Shown: positions 7,497 through 17,261 of the stretch, piece by piece
How the letters are laid out: each line of letters starts with the position of its first letter
Position numbering within the stretch: the stretch's first letter is position 1
Notes under the pieces: model-generated
What the model was told of the DNA's origin: nothing
Databases searched by the model: none
The model's input: the letters and a program-made list of their open reading frames with translations, nothing else
Translations under genes and position numbers: made by a program
From: Blastocatellales bacterium
Lineage (GTDB): Bacteria > Acidobacteriota > Blastocatellia > RBC074
Direction: 5' to 3'
Length of the DNA stretch: 64,000 bases
Assembly (NCBI GenBank): GCA_050247435.1
Contig: JBFWUF010000015.1
Span: 29 to 64,028 of the forward strand

Positions 7497-10400
7497 TGTT
7501 CACCTCCGAATTCGCCTCGGCTGAAAGCGCGTGAGGCCAGGGCGTCAGCGGCTTTGAGCACCGCTTCCAGGTAAGCCAGTTGCCACCATCCGTACTGCCG
7601 TTGCAGCCGGTCGAAGCGCAACAGCGCCTCGTGCGCGATTTGCTGATTCAGCGGCTTGGGTTGTTTGCGATCAAACGCGCGTTCGGGGAAGTGCGGGCGC
7701 GCGTAGCCGTGGTGCGACGCAATAAGATGAAGAATCAAATCACGGTGCGGATGGCCTTCGAGCGAATCGTCTTCGAGCGATTCAACCAGGGAGCCGAATT
7801 CGTGGCGGTAGCCTTGATTGAAATTGTGATCGAACGAGTTGTTGTTCGATTTGGCGTAGAACTCGCCTGTGAAATTGCCGATAGCCTTTTGCCACCAGTC
7901 GCGCGCCTTGCCGAGATCGTGGCGCACGCCAGCGGCAGCCAACGCTTCAATCAAGTCATCTGGCAAACCGATCCGCCGCCCCAGGTCGCGGGCGAAAAGC
8001 TCGACATCTTCGTCGTGTTGTTTGACGGTACGAGGCGCCAGGTCGAGCGAGGCTTGATCGTCGGCCTCTTCGCTGAAAAATGCGTCGGGCGTGATGCGCT
8101 GGCGGAAGCAGGCGATGTAAGCACGTGGTTCCTCATCGGTGGTGAAGGCATTTTGCAAGTCAGAACGATTGACCAGCACGCCTTTGCCCTTCACGCTTTT
8201 CAACGCTTCTTGCCAAGTCGAAAAGATTGCCTCTGTCCCATCCGCCAGGTTGAGTTGCTTGATTGAGTAATCCGTCTCGGCGCGGCGAGTGATGAGATAG
8301 CGCGCCCATTCAGCGCTATTGACGACATCGAACGACCGCGTCCCTTTGGCGTCAGGATTCCCATCGTCATCCAGACCGCCGATGCCGGCGGGCAAGATCA
8401 CCGCCGCGAACGCAATCTGGGCAAACAGCCCCTTCCTGGTTTTGTCATCCGCGAAGGAAGCCAGCCTGAACGCCTCTGCTTCACCGCCAGCGTCAATCAG
8501 AACGCACAGCTTTTGCGGATGCTTTTTGGCAAGCTCGGTCAGCAACTTCTCGGCGCGGAAGGTCGCTACGGCGGCGCGTTCCTGCGGCTGCACGGGGATT
8601 GCCGTCACCAACTCGGCCAGTTCTTCCGGCTGATTCGTCACATCAAAGCAGTCCAGTTCAGCCCGCCAGACGAACGTCGTTTGCGCCTGCTCGTCGTCAA
8701 TCACACCGCGCAGCCAGTACTGCGCCAGCGGGCGCGCGAATTCTTTCTGCTTCAGTGAAGTCATTGCCCAATCGTCAAGCCGCGCCTGATCCAGCGGCGG
8801 GCGAACCGGTTCATCTGGTAATGCTCGCTGGTTGGCCGCCAGCAGACCGCGCAGAGCCAGCGGCGATGCTTTCACTTTTCCGTTTTCCTCTCTGGATTTC
8901 AGCGCCAGCCAGGTGAAATAAACCTTCGGGCGCTCTCGCTCAATTTCTTTTTGGCCGCGCTCTGCACCATTCTTTGCCAGCTTTTTGTGTTGATCGGATT
9001 TTGCCCTGATCTGCTTCTGCAAGGATTGTTTAGCTTCCCTATCAGACTTCAAGATTTCAGTCTGAGCTTGCAACTCGGCAATTTCCGCCGCGAAGTTGGC
9101 CAAGTGTTGTTTGTGCTCTTCGTCTTTTTGAAAATCGGAGGCGGCAGCCTGCAAACCCAATTCATCAATCACCACAGTAATCGTGGAATCGGTCAAGCCG
9201 AAGCGATTGATGCGCCCGATACGCTGGATCATGCTGTCCAGCGTGGACAGGTCGCAGAGACCGTGATCAGCATCCAGATTGACGCCGACCTCCGCACATG
9301 AAGTTGCAATCATGTAATGAGTCGGGCGGGGGGTAGCACGATCCCGTTGATTAGGTGAAAAACGCATGAACTTGAGAACTTTGATTAGTTCATCACGTTC
9401 AGCGCCGCTGGCAGAAGCCAGCATTTGCATGATTTCCAACTCAGTTTTCTGAAGATCCGAGGTCAATTTATCGCGCTCCCATCCACGCATCTCGCCGGTC
9501 ATTTTGAGGATGCGATTGTTTATCTCCGCTTGCGCCGCTGCCTTTGCTTTTTTGTCAGTGGCCTCCCTGCCAGCAAGGCTTTTCTCTTCCAGCGCGGCTT
9601 TCAATTTGTCGAAGATGAGGTTCACCAACTCGACCGTTTGCGCAAAGATGATGACGGATTTCGGCGGGGTATTCTCATCGCCGACTTCGTGCTGAATCGC
9701 GCGATTCACCAAACGTTCCGCTAATGCCTCTCTGATTTCGGGTGGTGTGGCTTTCTTTCCTGCTTTCGCTTTAGCCCGCTGGTCAAAAGGCAGCCATTCG
9801 ATGTACTTGCGCGCGTTGAGGCGGCGTTCGGCAGTTTCGTTTCGGAGTTCTTGCTCTTCGTTCAGCGCCAGCGTGTTGCTCGCTCCGCTGAGCGTGGCCG
9901 ATAACGACATCACATGGAATGGCCGCAACGATTGTCCCTGTTGAACAAAGTTTCGGATGTCAAGTTGAGTAGCGACAAAGCAGGGGGACAGGTGCGCCTC
10001 ATCAATCACGATCAGGCTGTCTTGCCCCAACAAGCCGGCTTGCAGGCTGCGATGGTTGATGCCGACTTTCCCATAGCCGGTGAACAACATTCGGCTGCCG
10101 ATCATATCTACCGTGCCGATGATGATGGCCGGACGCGATGGGTCAAGACACCATTCCCGATTGTCAGCTTTTTGCCCGCGCAAAGTCGAAAGCGCAATCA
10201 GAGACTCCTGCCCTTTCATTGATGCTGCGCGAAAGGTTTGCGCCAGTAGATGAAGCGGATTCGATTCATCTGAAAGAGCGACAGTAAGTTTCTTCAGCAG
10301 GCTTTCAGCTTCCGCCGTCGCCTGATCAACAATGACGCGACGGTCTACGACATACACCAGACGCAATGGAATCTTGCGCGTGCGCTCTTTGAGCATGTGC

Positions 10401-10567
10401 GCCAGCGCAATCAACCAAATCGCCATCACTGAAGTCTTGCCCAGTCCGGTTGGAATGTCGCAGGCTTCGGGAAAATCTGCGCTCATGAAACGGTCAAATA
10501 GCCTTTCTTGCCAGTCAAAGGGTTGCTTTTCTGTTAGCTTGCCGAAACACTCTCTGAAATTAATCAT
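7493..10567 (-). CDS. cas3: Cas3 helicase-nuclease with an N-terminal SF2 helicase (GLGKTS Walker A, VIDEAH box) and a C-terminal HD nuclease (RHDLGK, SHHGYARPH). It contains a long Lys/Glu/Gln-rich coiled-coil-like insertion.
   Basis: 1024 aa with motifs read directly. A C-terminal HD domain is characteristic of type I-G Cas3. Confidence 0.9.
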   Translation of the reverse strand: MINFRECFGKLTEKQPFDWQERLFDRFMSADFPEACDIPTGLGKTSVMAIWLIALAHMLKERTRKIPLRLVYVVDRRVIVDQATAEAESLLKKLTVALSDESNPLHLLAQTFRAASMKGQESLIALSTLRGQKADNREWCLDPSRPAIIIGTVDMIGSRMLFTGYGKVGINHRSLQAGLLGQDSLIVIDEAHLSPCFVATQLDIRNFVQQGQSLRPFHVMSLSATLSGASNTLALNEEQELRNETAERRLNARKYIEWLPFDQRAKAKAGKKATPPEIREALAERLVNRAIQHEVGDENTPPKSVIIFAQTVELVNLIFDKLKAALEEKSLAGREATDKKAKAAAQAEINNRILKMTGEMRGWERDKLTSDLQKTELEIMQMLASASGAERDELIKVLKFMRFSPNQRDRATPRPTHYMIATSCAEVGVNLDADHGLCDLSTLDSMIQRIGRINRFGLTDSTITVVIDELGLQAAASDFQKDEEHKQHLANFAAEIAELQAQTEILKSDREAKQSLQKQIRAKSDQHKKLAKNGAERGQKEIERERPKVYFTWLALKSREENGKVKASPLALRGLLAANQRALPDEPVRPPLDQARLDDWAMTSLKQKEFARPLAQYWLRGVIDDEQAQTTFVWRAELDCFDVTNQPEELAELVTAIPVQPQERAAVATFRAEKLLTELAKKHPQKLCVLIDAGGEAEAFRLASFADDKTRKGLFAQIAFAAVILPAGIGGLDDDGNPDAKGTRSFDVVNSAEWARYLITRRAETDYSIKQLNLADGTEAIFSTWQEALKSVKGKGVLVNRSDLQNAFTTDEEPRAYIACFRQRITPDAFFSEEADDQASLDLAPRTVKQHDEDVELFARDLGRRIGLPDDLIEALAAAGVRHDLGKARDWWQKAIGNFTGEFYAKSNNNSFDHNFNQGYRHEFGSLVESLEDDSLEGHPHRDLILHLIASHHGYARPHFPERAFDRKQPKPLNQQIAHEALLRFDRLQRQYGWWQLAYLEAVLKAADALASRAFSRGEFGGEQ

Positions 10568-10663
10568 AGCTATCCTCTTCTAATCCGTTAATGGGTAGGT
10601 AATTTATGCTACTAAAGCTACTTGCGTATTTTGGATAATTGCTGTACTACGTTGATCGTGGCT

Positions 10664-10679
10664 GTGGCTCCATTGAAGC
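10664..10679 (+). repeat. Solitary CRISPR-repeat fragment (GTGGCTCCATTGAAGC, the 3' 16 nt of the minus-strand repeat, preceded by a duplicated CGTGGCT) in the cas3 promoter region. It is inverted relative to the array.
   Basis: Exact 16-nt match to the repeat, ~100 bp upstream of the cas3 start codon. No adjacent full repeat. Confidence 0.7.
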
Positions 10680-10742
10680 TGAGACTTACAGGTCTAGTCT
10701 CTTGCGGTTTTCAAACTTTCCCAGCCACATTAAATAACTGAC

Positions 10743-11006
10743 TTAATTAGGGCTTATGTCGTCCAACCATATGTACATTTCGTTGTTTGGTCCTGGACGA
10801 ATTGGCACATTCAACGCAATCGCATCTGTTTCGGAAACGTCGTTCCCAATGATTAAAAATTCTGGCTGCATCTCGTCTTCGGTTTCACCGTCTCCACCTT
10901 TTTGCCTAGACTTGTAATTCTCATAAGTTTCCATTGCGGAGGGGAAGATAATCACCGTTGCCCAGCCTGTCAAGCTGGAAAATGCGTGACTTGCACCATT
11001 TGGCAT
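10743..11006 (-). CDS. Hypothetical small protein (87 aa) in a low-GC island between the WYL regulator and cas3; possibly a gene fragment
   Basis: ORF only. The surrounding ~680 bp is markedly AT-richer than the rest of the window. No recognisable motif. Confidence 0.3.
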   Translation of the reverse strand: MPNGASHAFSSLTGWATVIIFPSAMETYENYKSRQKGGDGETEDEMQPEFLIIGNDVSETDAIALNVPIRPGPNNEMYIWLDDISPN

Positions 11007-11243
11007 CCAAATATGTGCGAAATCTGTACTTAACTTCTCTCAAATTTTCCCCTCCCGTTAGAGGCTTTAGATAACTTGGTCACCTTCTGTAACTCCGGCT
11101 CATAAGAGACATCCTACATGCGACACCGGGCGACTAATCCCGCTATCGCCTCCCTCCAAAATTTTTTTTTCGCCCTACACTCTTACCTCGCCTGATATAC
11201 CGCTCGACGGCGGCGAAGTTCGACAACTCGCCCGTAATTTTTT

Positions 11244-12254
11244 TCATTCCCCGCCTCCGCATCGAGCCAGAGCCTTTCGGTGCGCCTCGGCGACTTCGCG
11301 GCGCATTTCCGGTGGCGAGATGACTTCGACCTCCGGCGCCCAGCTCAAGATGAAGCGCACGAGGCCGCGTCCTCTGGCCACTTCCATTTCGATGGTGATT
11401 GATTCGGGTCTTTCGGCGCCCTTCGGGTAACGTTCGATCTCGCGCTGGGAGCGATGAAAAGTGCGTTCGGCGAAGACTGAGGCCGTCACGCCGTGAGCGC
11501 GCAGTCGCACGCGGATCGGTTCGTCGTGGATGCCGTTGAAGCAGTATCGGGCCAGGTAATCGCGCAGGTTCCAATCGGGCGGACGGCGGAATCGTTCGCC
11601 CGTTTCGCGGATGCGGCGGATGTGATCTACCGAGAAGGTGCTGATCCTCTCGTGGTCGTGGTCGTAGCCGATGACTTTGATCGTCGCGCCATCGGGGTCG
11701 AAGTAGACGGCGTAGGGGTCGAGCTTGCGTTCTTTGGTTTCGCCGCTGTTGAGCGAGTGGTAGCGCATGACGATGCGGCGGCGCGCGACAGCGGCGTTGG
11801 TCAACCGGTCAATCGTCGCGGCATAGGGCGCGAAATCTTTGGCGGGCGCGGTGGCCGAACCGTAAACGGCGGACATCGCTTCCAGTCTCTCGCTCAGCGA
11901 CGGCGGCAACGCGTCTCGCACTTTTTGCAGCAGCGACTCGGCGTGGCGGGCGAAAGGCGAGCTGATCGCGGTCAGGCCGGTTGAACCTATGGCTTCCTGC
12001 GCCAGCAACAGCGTCGCCAACTCCACGGCGGTGAAGTCGGGGCGCTTGCGTCCGGCGATGCTGTAGTAATAGACGTGACGGCCCTCCCGCCTTTCCGTGA
12101 TCCCGTAGCGTTTGGTCAGTGCGTCAATACTGCTTTTGATGGTTTTCCGATCAACGCCGAAGTATTCCATCAACTCCTTTTGGGTGTACCAACGTTCGGC
12201 GAGCAGGCATGGCAATTCGGCGAAACGCGTCGCCATTTTGTCACTGTGCGACAT
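11244..12254 (-). CDS. WYL-domain transcriptional regulator (HTH - WYL - WCX-like C-terminal), a likely regulator of the adjacent cas operon
   Basis: 336 aa. It has an N-terminal HTH (YTQKELMEYFGVDRKTIKSSIDAL) and a central WYL-type segment (RRRIVMRYHSLNSGETKERKLDPYAVYFDPDGATIKVIGYDHDHERISTFSVDHI). Confidence 0.75.
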   Translation of the reverse strand: MSHSDKMATRFAELPCLLAERWYTQKELMEYFGVDRKTIKSSIDALTKRYGITERREGRHVYYYSIAGRKRPDFTAVELATLLLAQEAIGSTGLTAISSPFARHAESLLQKVRDALPPSLSERLEAMSAVYGSATAPAKDFAPYAATIDRLTNAAVARRRIVMRYHSLNSGETKERKLDPYAVYFDPDGATIKVIGYDHDHERISTFSVDHIRRIRETGERFRRPPDWNLRDYLARYCFNGIHDEPIRVRLRAHGVTASVFAERTFHRSQREIERYPKGAERPESITIEMEVARGRGLVRFILSWAPEVEVISPPEMRREVAEAHRKALARCGGGE

Positions 12255-13044
12255 GCTGATTCCTCCGGGGTTGGATTGGCAAAGTTACACGGGTTGAGAT
12301 AGTCAGTCCGATGGCAGTCGGTTATCAGCTTTGGTTGCGCCCATCCGTGATGAGCGCGGGATCGTTCGATGAATGTTGATCTATTGCGCGGTCACTTGAA
12401 CTACTTGGACGAGTGACTCGCGTTGCATGGGGCAGTTGAGATGGCCGCCGGTAGAGTAATCCGAACTCGCCGAGGGGTAAAGCGAATGTCGCCGGCCACT
12501 CTTCTTTCTGTCCGGGAGTTCGCGCCAAGAATTATCGGCGATTGCCTGATAAACAATTGACAGGGCGCCGGAGCGTAATTAAAATGCGCCCGGTCAGTGG
12601 GCGCTCCTCACATGAACTTGCATTTTCCAAAAGGCAGTTACACCTGAGGCTCGCTGGCTGAAATCACTTCATTGGGCGTGTGATGAACCAATTGCGGGCC
12701 TGGGCTGGTGGGAATTATTCAATGCCCGTGGGGCCGCCACCGCAATCACTGGGCGGTGATCATCGCAACGTACATTTCTGAACAAATTACGGTTCACACG
12801 AAAGCAAGCCTCGTTATATTGCTCCGGCTGCGCGCCCTCACGGTTCTGTTTTCACTACGCTACAACAATTCTGCTCAACATCTGATTGCCCCGTCTGACG
12901 CTGGCTCTTTGTCCATTCGCTTCCCCCGCCGCGTCCAGATCGCCATCCGTCGGCCATAGTTATTCCCATGGACAGTGGGACTATGACGCAACAAGAACGA
13001 GGTCATCGAAAATGCGACTATACAACTGGATTTCCCCACCCCTC

Positions 13045-14142
13045 ATGCACAGCATATTCCCATCGCCGAAATCTCTGAAGAAAAAGAGTTCATCCACCCG
13101 AGTCGCCATGTTATTCGCGGTTCTATTCGTTTTTGCCGCAGCCGCTCTCAGTCTCGCGGCGGCAGCCGAGAGCCGAAATACCAACAGGGCGTCCGGCGCG
13201 GAAGCCGCTTTCAATTTCAGCCAGGATCCCGGCAATCGTCTGGCCGCCGATTCGGAGATCAGCGATCAAAAAGCCGGCTCGGTGTTGATCTATCCTTTCT
13301 ACTGTTCACTGGCCAGCGCCTCGAACATGCAGAACACGCGCATCAACATCACCAATACCGACACGGAGCGCAGCGCTTTCGTCCACCTGTTTTTTGTTGA
13401 CGGATCGAACTGCTCGGTCAGCGACGCCTTTGTCTGTCTTACAGCCGCCCAGACGACCACCTTTTTGTTGTCGGATATGGATCCGGGCATCACCGGTTAC
13501 CTTATCGCGGTGGCTGTTGACGCGGACGGATGCCCGGTGGTCTTCAACGAATTGATCGGCGACGAGTACATCAAGCTCGGCGCCATTCACGCGGCGAATT
13601 TGGGCGCGGTCGCCGTATCCGCGCTACCGAAAATGGAGATGGAGTCGACTTGTTCATCAAATTCCGCAACGGCGCAACTGAACTTCGACGGGGTGGATTA
13701 CAACATGCTGCCGAGAGTCCTCGCGGCGGATAATCTGCCCGACCGCACGAGCGGGAACGAGACGCTGCTCATCGTCAACCGCATCGGCGGCAGTTTGGTT
13801 TCAAGCGCGGCGAAACTCGAATCGGTTTTCGGCATGCTGTACGACGACGCCGAGAACGGCTACAGCTTCTCGTTTAACTTCAATGTCTGCCAGTTTCGAG
13901 CGATTTTGTCGAACAATTTCCCGCGCACAGCGCCGCGGTACACTCAGATCATCCCCGCCGGGCGTAGCGGCTGGATGAAGCTGTGGTCGTACAACGACGC
14001 CGCGATCATCGGCGCGATGATCAATTTCAACCCGAATCACAAGTCGAATCCGGGGTCATTCAACCAAGGTCACAACCTGCACACGCTGACGTTGACCGAC
14101 ACCGCGACTTTGACAATCCCGATCTTCCCGCCGTCCTGTTGA
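13045..14142 (+). CDS. Secreted protein of unknown family, paralog 1. It has a signal peptide, conserved Cys residues, and motifs [38 protein letters not shown] and a C-terminal PIFPPSC.
   Basis: 418-aa ORF from 12886. The likely start is at MHSIF (13045), or MRLYN (13012, which has a GAGGT RBS), or MLFAV (13108). It shows ~45% identity over its full length to the ORF at 15648-16631. Confidence 0.6.
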   Translation: MHSIFPSPKSLKKKSSSTRVAMLFAVLFVFAAAALSLAAAAESRNTNRASGAEAAFNFSQDPGNRLAADSEISDQKAGSVLIYPFYCSLASASNMQNTRINITNTDTERSAFVHLFFVDGSNCSVSDAFVCLTAAQTTTFLLSDMDPGITGYLIAVAVDADGCPVVFNELIGDEYIKLGAIHAANLGAVAVSALPKMEMESTCSSNSATAQLNFDGVDYNMLPRVLAADNLPDRTSGNETLLIVNRIGGSLVSSAAKLESVFGMLYDDAENGYSFSFNFNVCQFRAILSNNFPRTAPRYTQIIPAGRSGWMKLWSYNDAAIIGAMINFNPNHKSNPGSFNQGHNLHTLTLTDTATLTIPIFPPSC

Positions 14143-14381
14143 TCCGTGAAAGGGTGATGGGGCGCGTTGGCGGCGAAAGCCGCGCGCATTGTCCTCACTC
14201 CACCCATTACCCTTTCGCTCCTGTGGTCATTATTCGTTTTCCATTCGCCATTGGCTCGGCGGCTCGACAACGCAAGCGCGCCGGCGGCTTTCGCGCGATA
14301 GCTGCCGCGCTTGCCTTTTAAACTCCTCGCTCGTACACTCTCGCTTCGTTTCTCCGGCAACGATCAAATCATCACAATCAC

Positions 14382-15554
<1,173 letters not shown>

Positions 15555-15647
15555 GCGGGGCAATTCGGCGAATTGTCCCACAGCAAAATAATCCCGAGAG
15601 TAAAAAAGGCCGGTCATTATGACCGGCCTGAATTATTTTTGGGTGAT

Positions 15648-16631
15648 TTAGCAATTCGGCGGGAAGACCGGGATGGTGACGCTTGAATTCGTCAATCTCA
15701 GCTTATGCAGGTTATGGCCCTGGTTGAAAGCTCCCGGCGACGCGTTCACAGCCTCATTCAGGTTGATCACCGCGCCGAGCAGTGGCACATCTCTGTAGGT
15801 GTACAGCTTCATCCAGCCCGTGCGTCCCGATGGAACGACCGTGGTGAAACGCGGCGCCGTGCGCGGCGTCGTGTTGTTGATGCTGAGTTTGAGTTGGCAC
15901 TGGTTGGCCGTGATCGCGAAGCTGAAGGCGTCCTCCGTGTCGTTGTAAAGAATGCCGTTGATAATGCCGATCCTATCCGCGCCGGTCGCCAAATTACCCG
16001 ACGGGCGGTTGAGAATCAGCAAGGTGTCGTTACCGTCAGCGCGGCTCATGATGTTATCCACCGAGACGGTCGCTGGTAGCTGTCCGTACTCGCTGCCATT
16101 GAAATTCAGCGTGTAGGTCGGCGATGTTTCATCGCATGGCAGTTGGTTGATAGCGCTGACCGCCTCGGCGCCCAGATTGGCTTTATGCCCCGAAGCGAAC
16201 TTCACATACTCATCACCGATCAGGAAATTGTGTTTGGTCGGGCAGCCGTTCTCGTCCGTCGCAATCGCAACGATGTATCCCATCGTGCCCGGATCGAAAT
16301 CCGCTGCTTTGAAGTTGGCTGTTTGATTGGCCGTCAGGCAAAGCACGCTATCAGCCGGACTGCATGACGAACCGTCAATGAAGAAGAGGTGGACGGTAAC
16401 CGATGAGAGTGACGAAGTGTTGGTGATGTTGATGCTCGTGTTCTCGCCAATCGAGTTGGTCGCGCTGGAAGTATAGATGTTGTAGAAAAGAACTGAGCCT
16501 GCCCGTTGATCACTGACGACCGAATCATCCGGAAAAGGTGTTCCCGGATCCGCGGCCAGAGCCGTAACGGAAAACAGGAAGGGGGCCATCAAGGCCAATA
16601 GAAGTGAGGAAAAACCGCGTGAGGTTCGCAT
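15648..16631 (-). CDS. Secreted protein of unknown family, paralog 2 (same motifs as 13045-14142; C-terminal PVFPPNC)
   Basis: An AAGGAG RBS lies 10 nt upstream of the ATG at 16631 (MRTSRGFSSLLLALMAPFLFSVTALA signal peptide). Conserved blocks are shared with paralog 1. Confidence 0.6.
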   Translation of the reverse strand: MRTSRGFSSLLLALMAPFLFSVTALAADPGTPFPDDSVVSDQRAGSVLFYNIYTSSATNSIGENTSINITNTSSLSSVTVHLFFIDGSSCSPADSVLCLTANQTANFKAADFDPGTMGYIVAIATDENGCPTKHNFLIGDEYVKFASGHKANLGAEAVSAINQLPCDETSPTYTLNFNGSEYGQLPATVSVDNIMSRADGNDTLLILNRPSGNLATGADRIGIINGILYNDTEDAFSFAITANQCQLKLSINNTTPRTAPRFTTVVPSGRTGWMKLYTYRDVPLLGAVINLNEAVNASPGAFNQGHNLHKLRLTNSSVTIPVFPPNC

Positions 16632-17100
16632 TGTGGTCATACTCCTTTTACAACGTTTATTTGGTTCGATCATTAGTTTGAGTCTGTGGACACAACTTAC
16701 CCATAATCTGACCCATGATCTGAATTGATCTTCAATTCAAACTAGAACAAGCCAAATCAAGAATAAGGTCACAGCTTTCGAGTGTGGAGGCACAATAACA
16801 ATCCGTGGGCTTTCCCGCCGTGGGAGCGAGCAGGCGAGTCATCCGCGAATGCAAATTCTCAAGATGCTGTTTGCTTGAGCGCTTTGGTTCGCGCGCTGTG
16901 ATGCCGTTGCTTAACGATCAGTTGCGATTGCAATCTTTATGCCGTGGCGTCGGCTCATTAAAGCATCAGCGAGGTTTCGCTTTTTACTGGGGGAACTGAT
17001 GTGATTGAGAGGTTGAATCAAACAGCGCATCAGGGCGGGGCGTCATTTACCTGGTGATTGCTACTCAATTAGTGAGGTGAGTCAATCTCACGCGGCGCAG

Positions 17101-17129
17101 TCTATGCAAGCAGAATGCAGGTGTCAACA
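17101..17129 (-). promoter_or_regulatory. Putative sigma70 promoter (TTGACA-17nt-TAGACT on the minus strand) ~430 nt upstream of secreted paralog 2
   Basis: Hexamers read from the sequence. This implies a long 5' UTR or a separate small transcript. Confidence 0.3.
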
Positions 17130-17261
17130 AGTTATTTCTTTAGAATCAGGGATTAATGTGGGATTGATGTCAACAATCGGCTTTGTTGTAAACCGCTTTG
17201 TTAACAAAGCGTGACAGCGGTTCCGCGATTGAACGCCAGCGCTCGGTGAATCATTTATTCA

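Noticed and set aside
7580-8266. 228-aa plus-strand ORF inside cas3
   Set aside because: Antisense to cas3, with no motifs; a GC-rich shadow ORF.
11143-11574. 143-aa minus-strand ORF overlapping the 3' end of the WYL regulator
   Set aside because: Out-of-frame overlap with a convincing regulator gene; Arg/Gly/Pro-rich.
16674-17261. Possible tRNA/ncRNA gene in the 590-bp gap upstream of RNase J
   Set aside because: No tRNA-like T-loop/acceptor pattern was found by eye. Only a promoter-like TTGACA-17-TAGACT and an 18-bp palindrome (CGCTTTGTTAACAAAGCG, probably the rnj terminator) were seen. It cannot be supported as an RNA gene without covariance tools.
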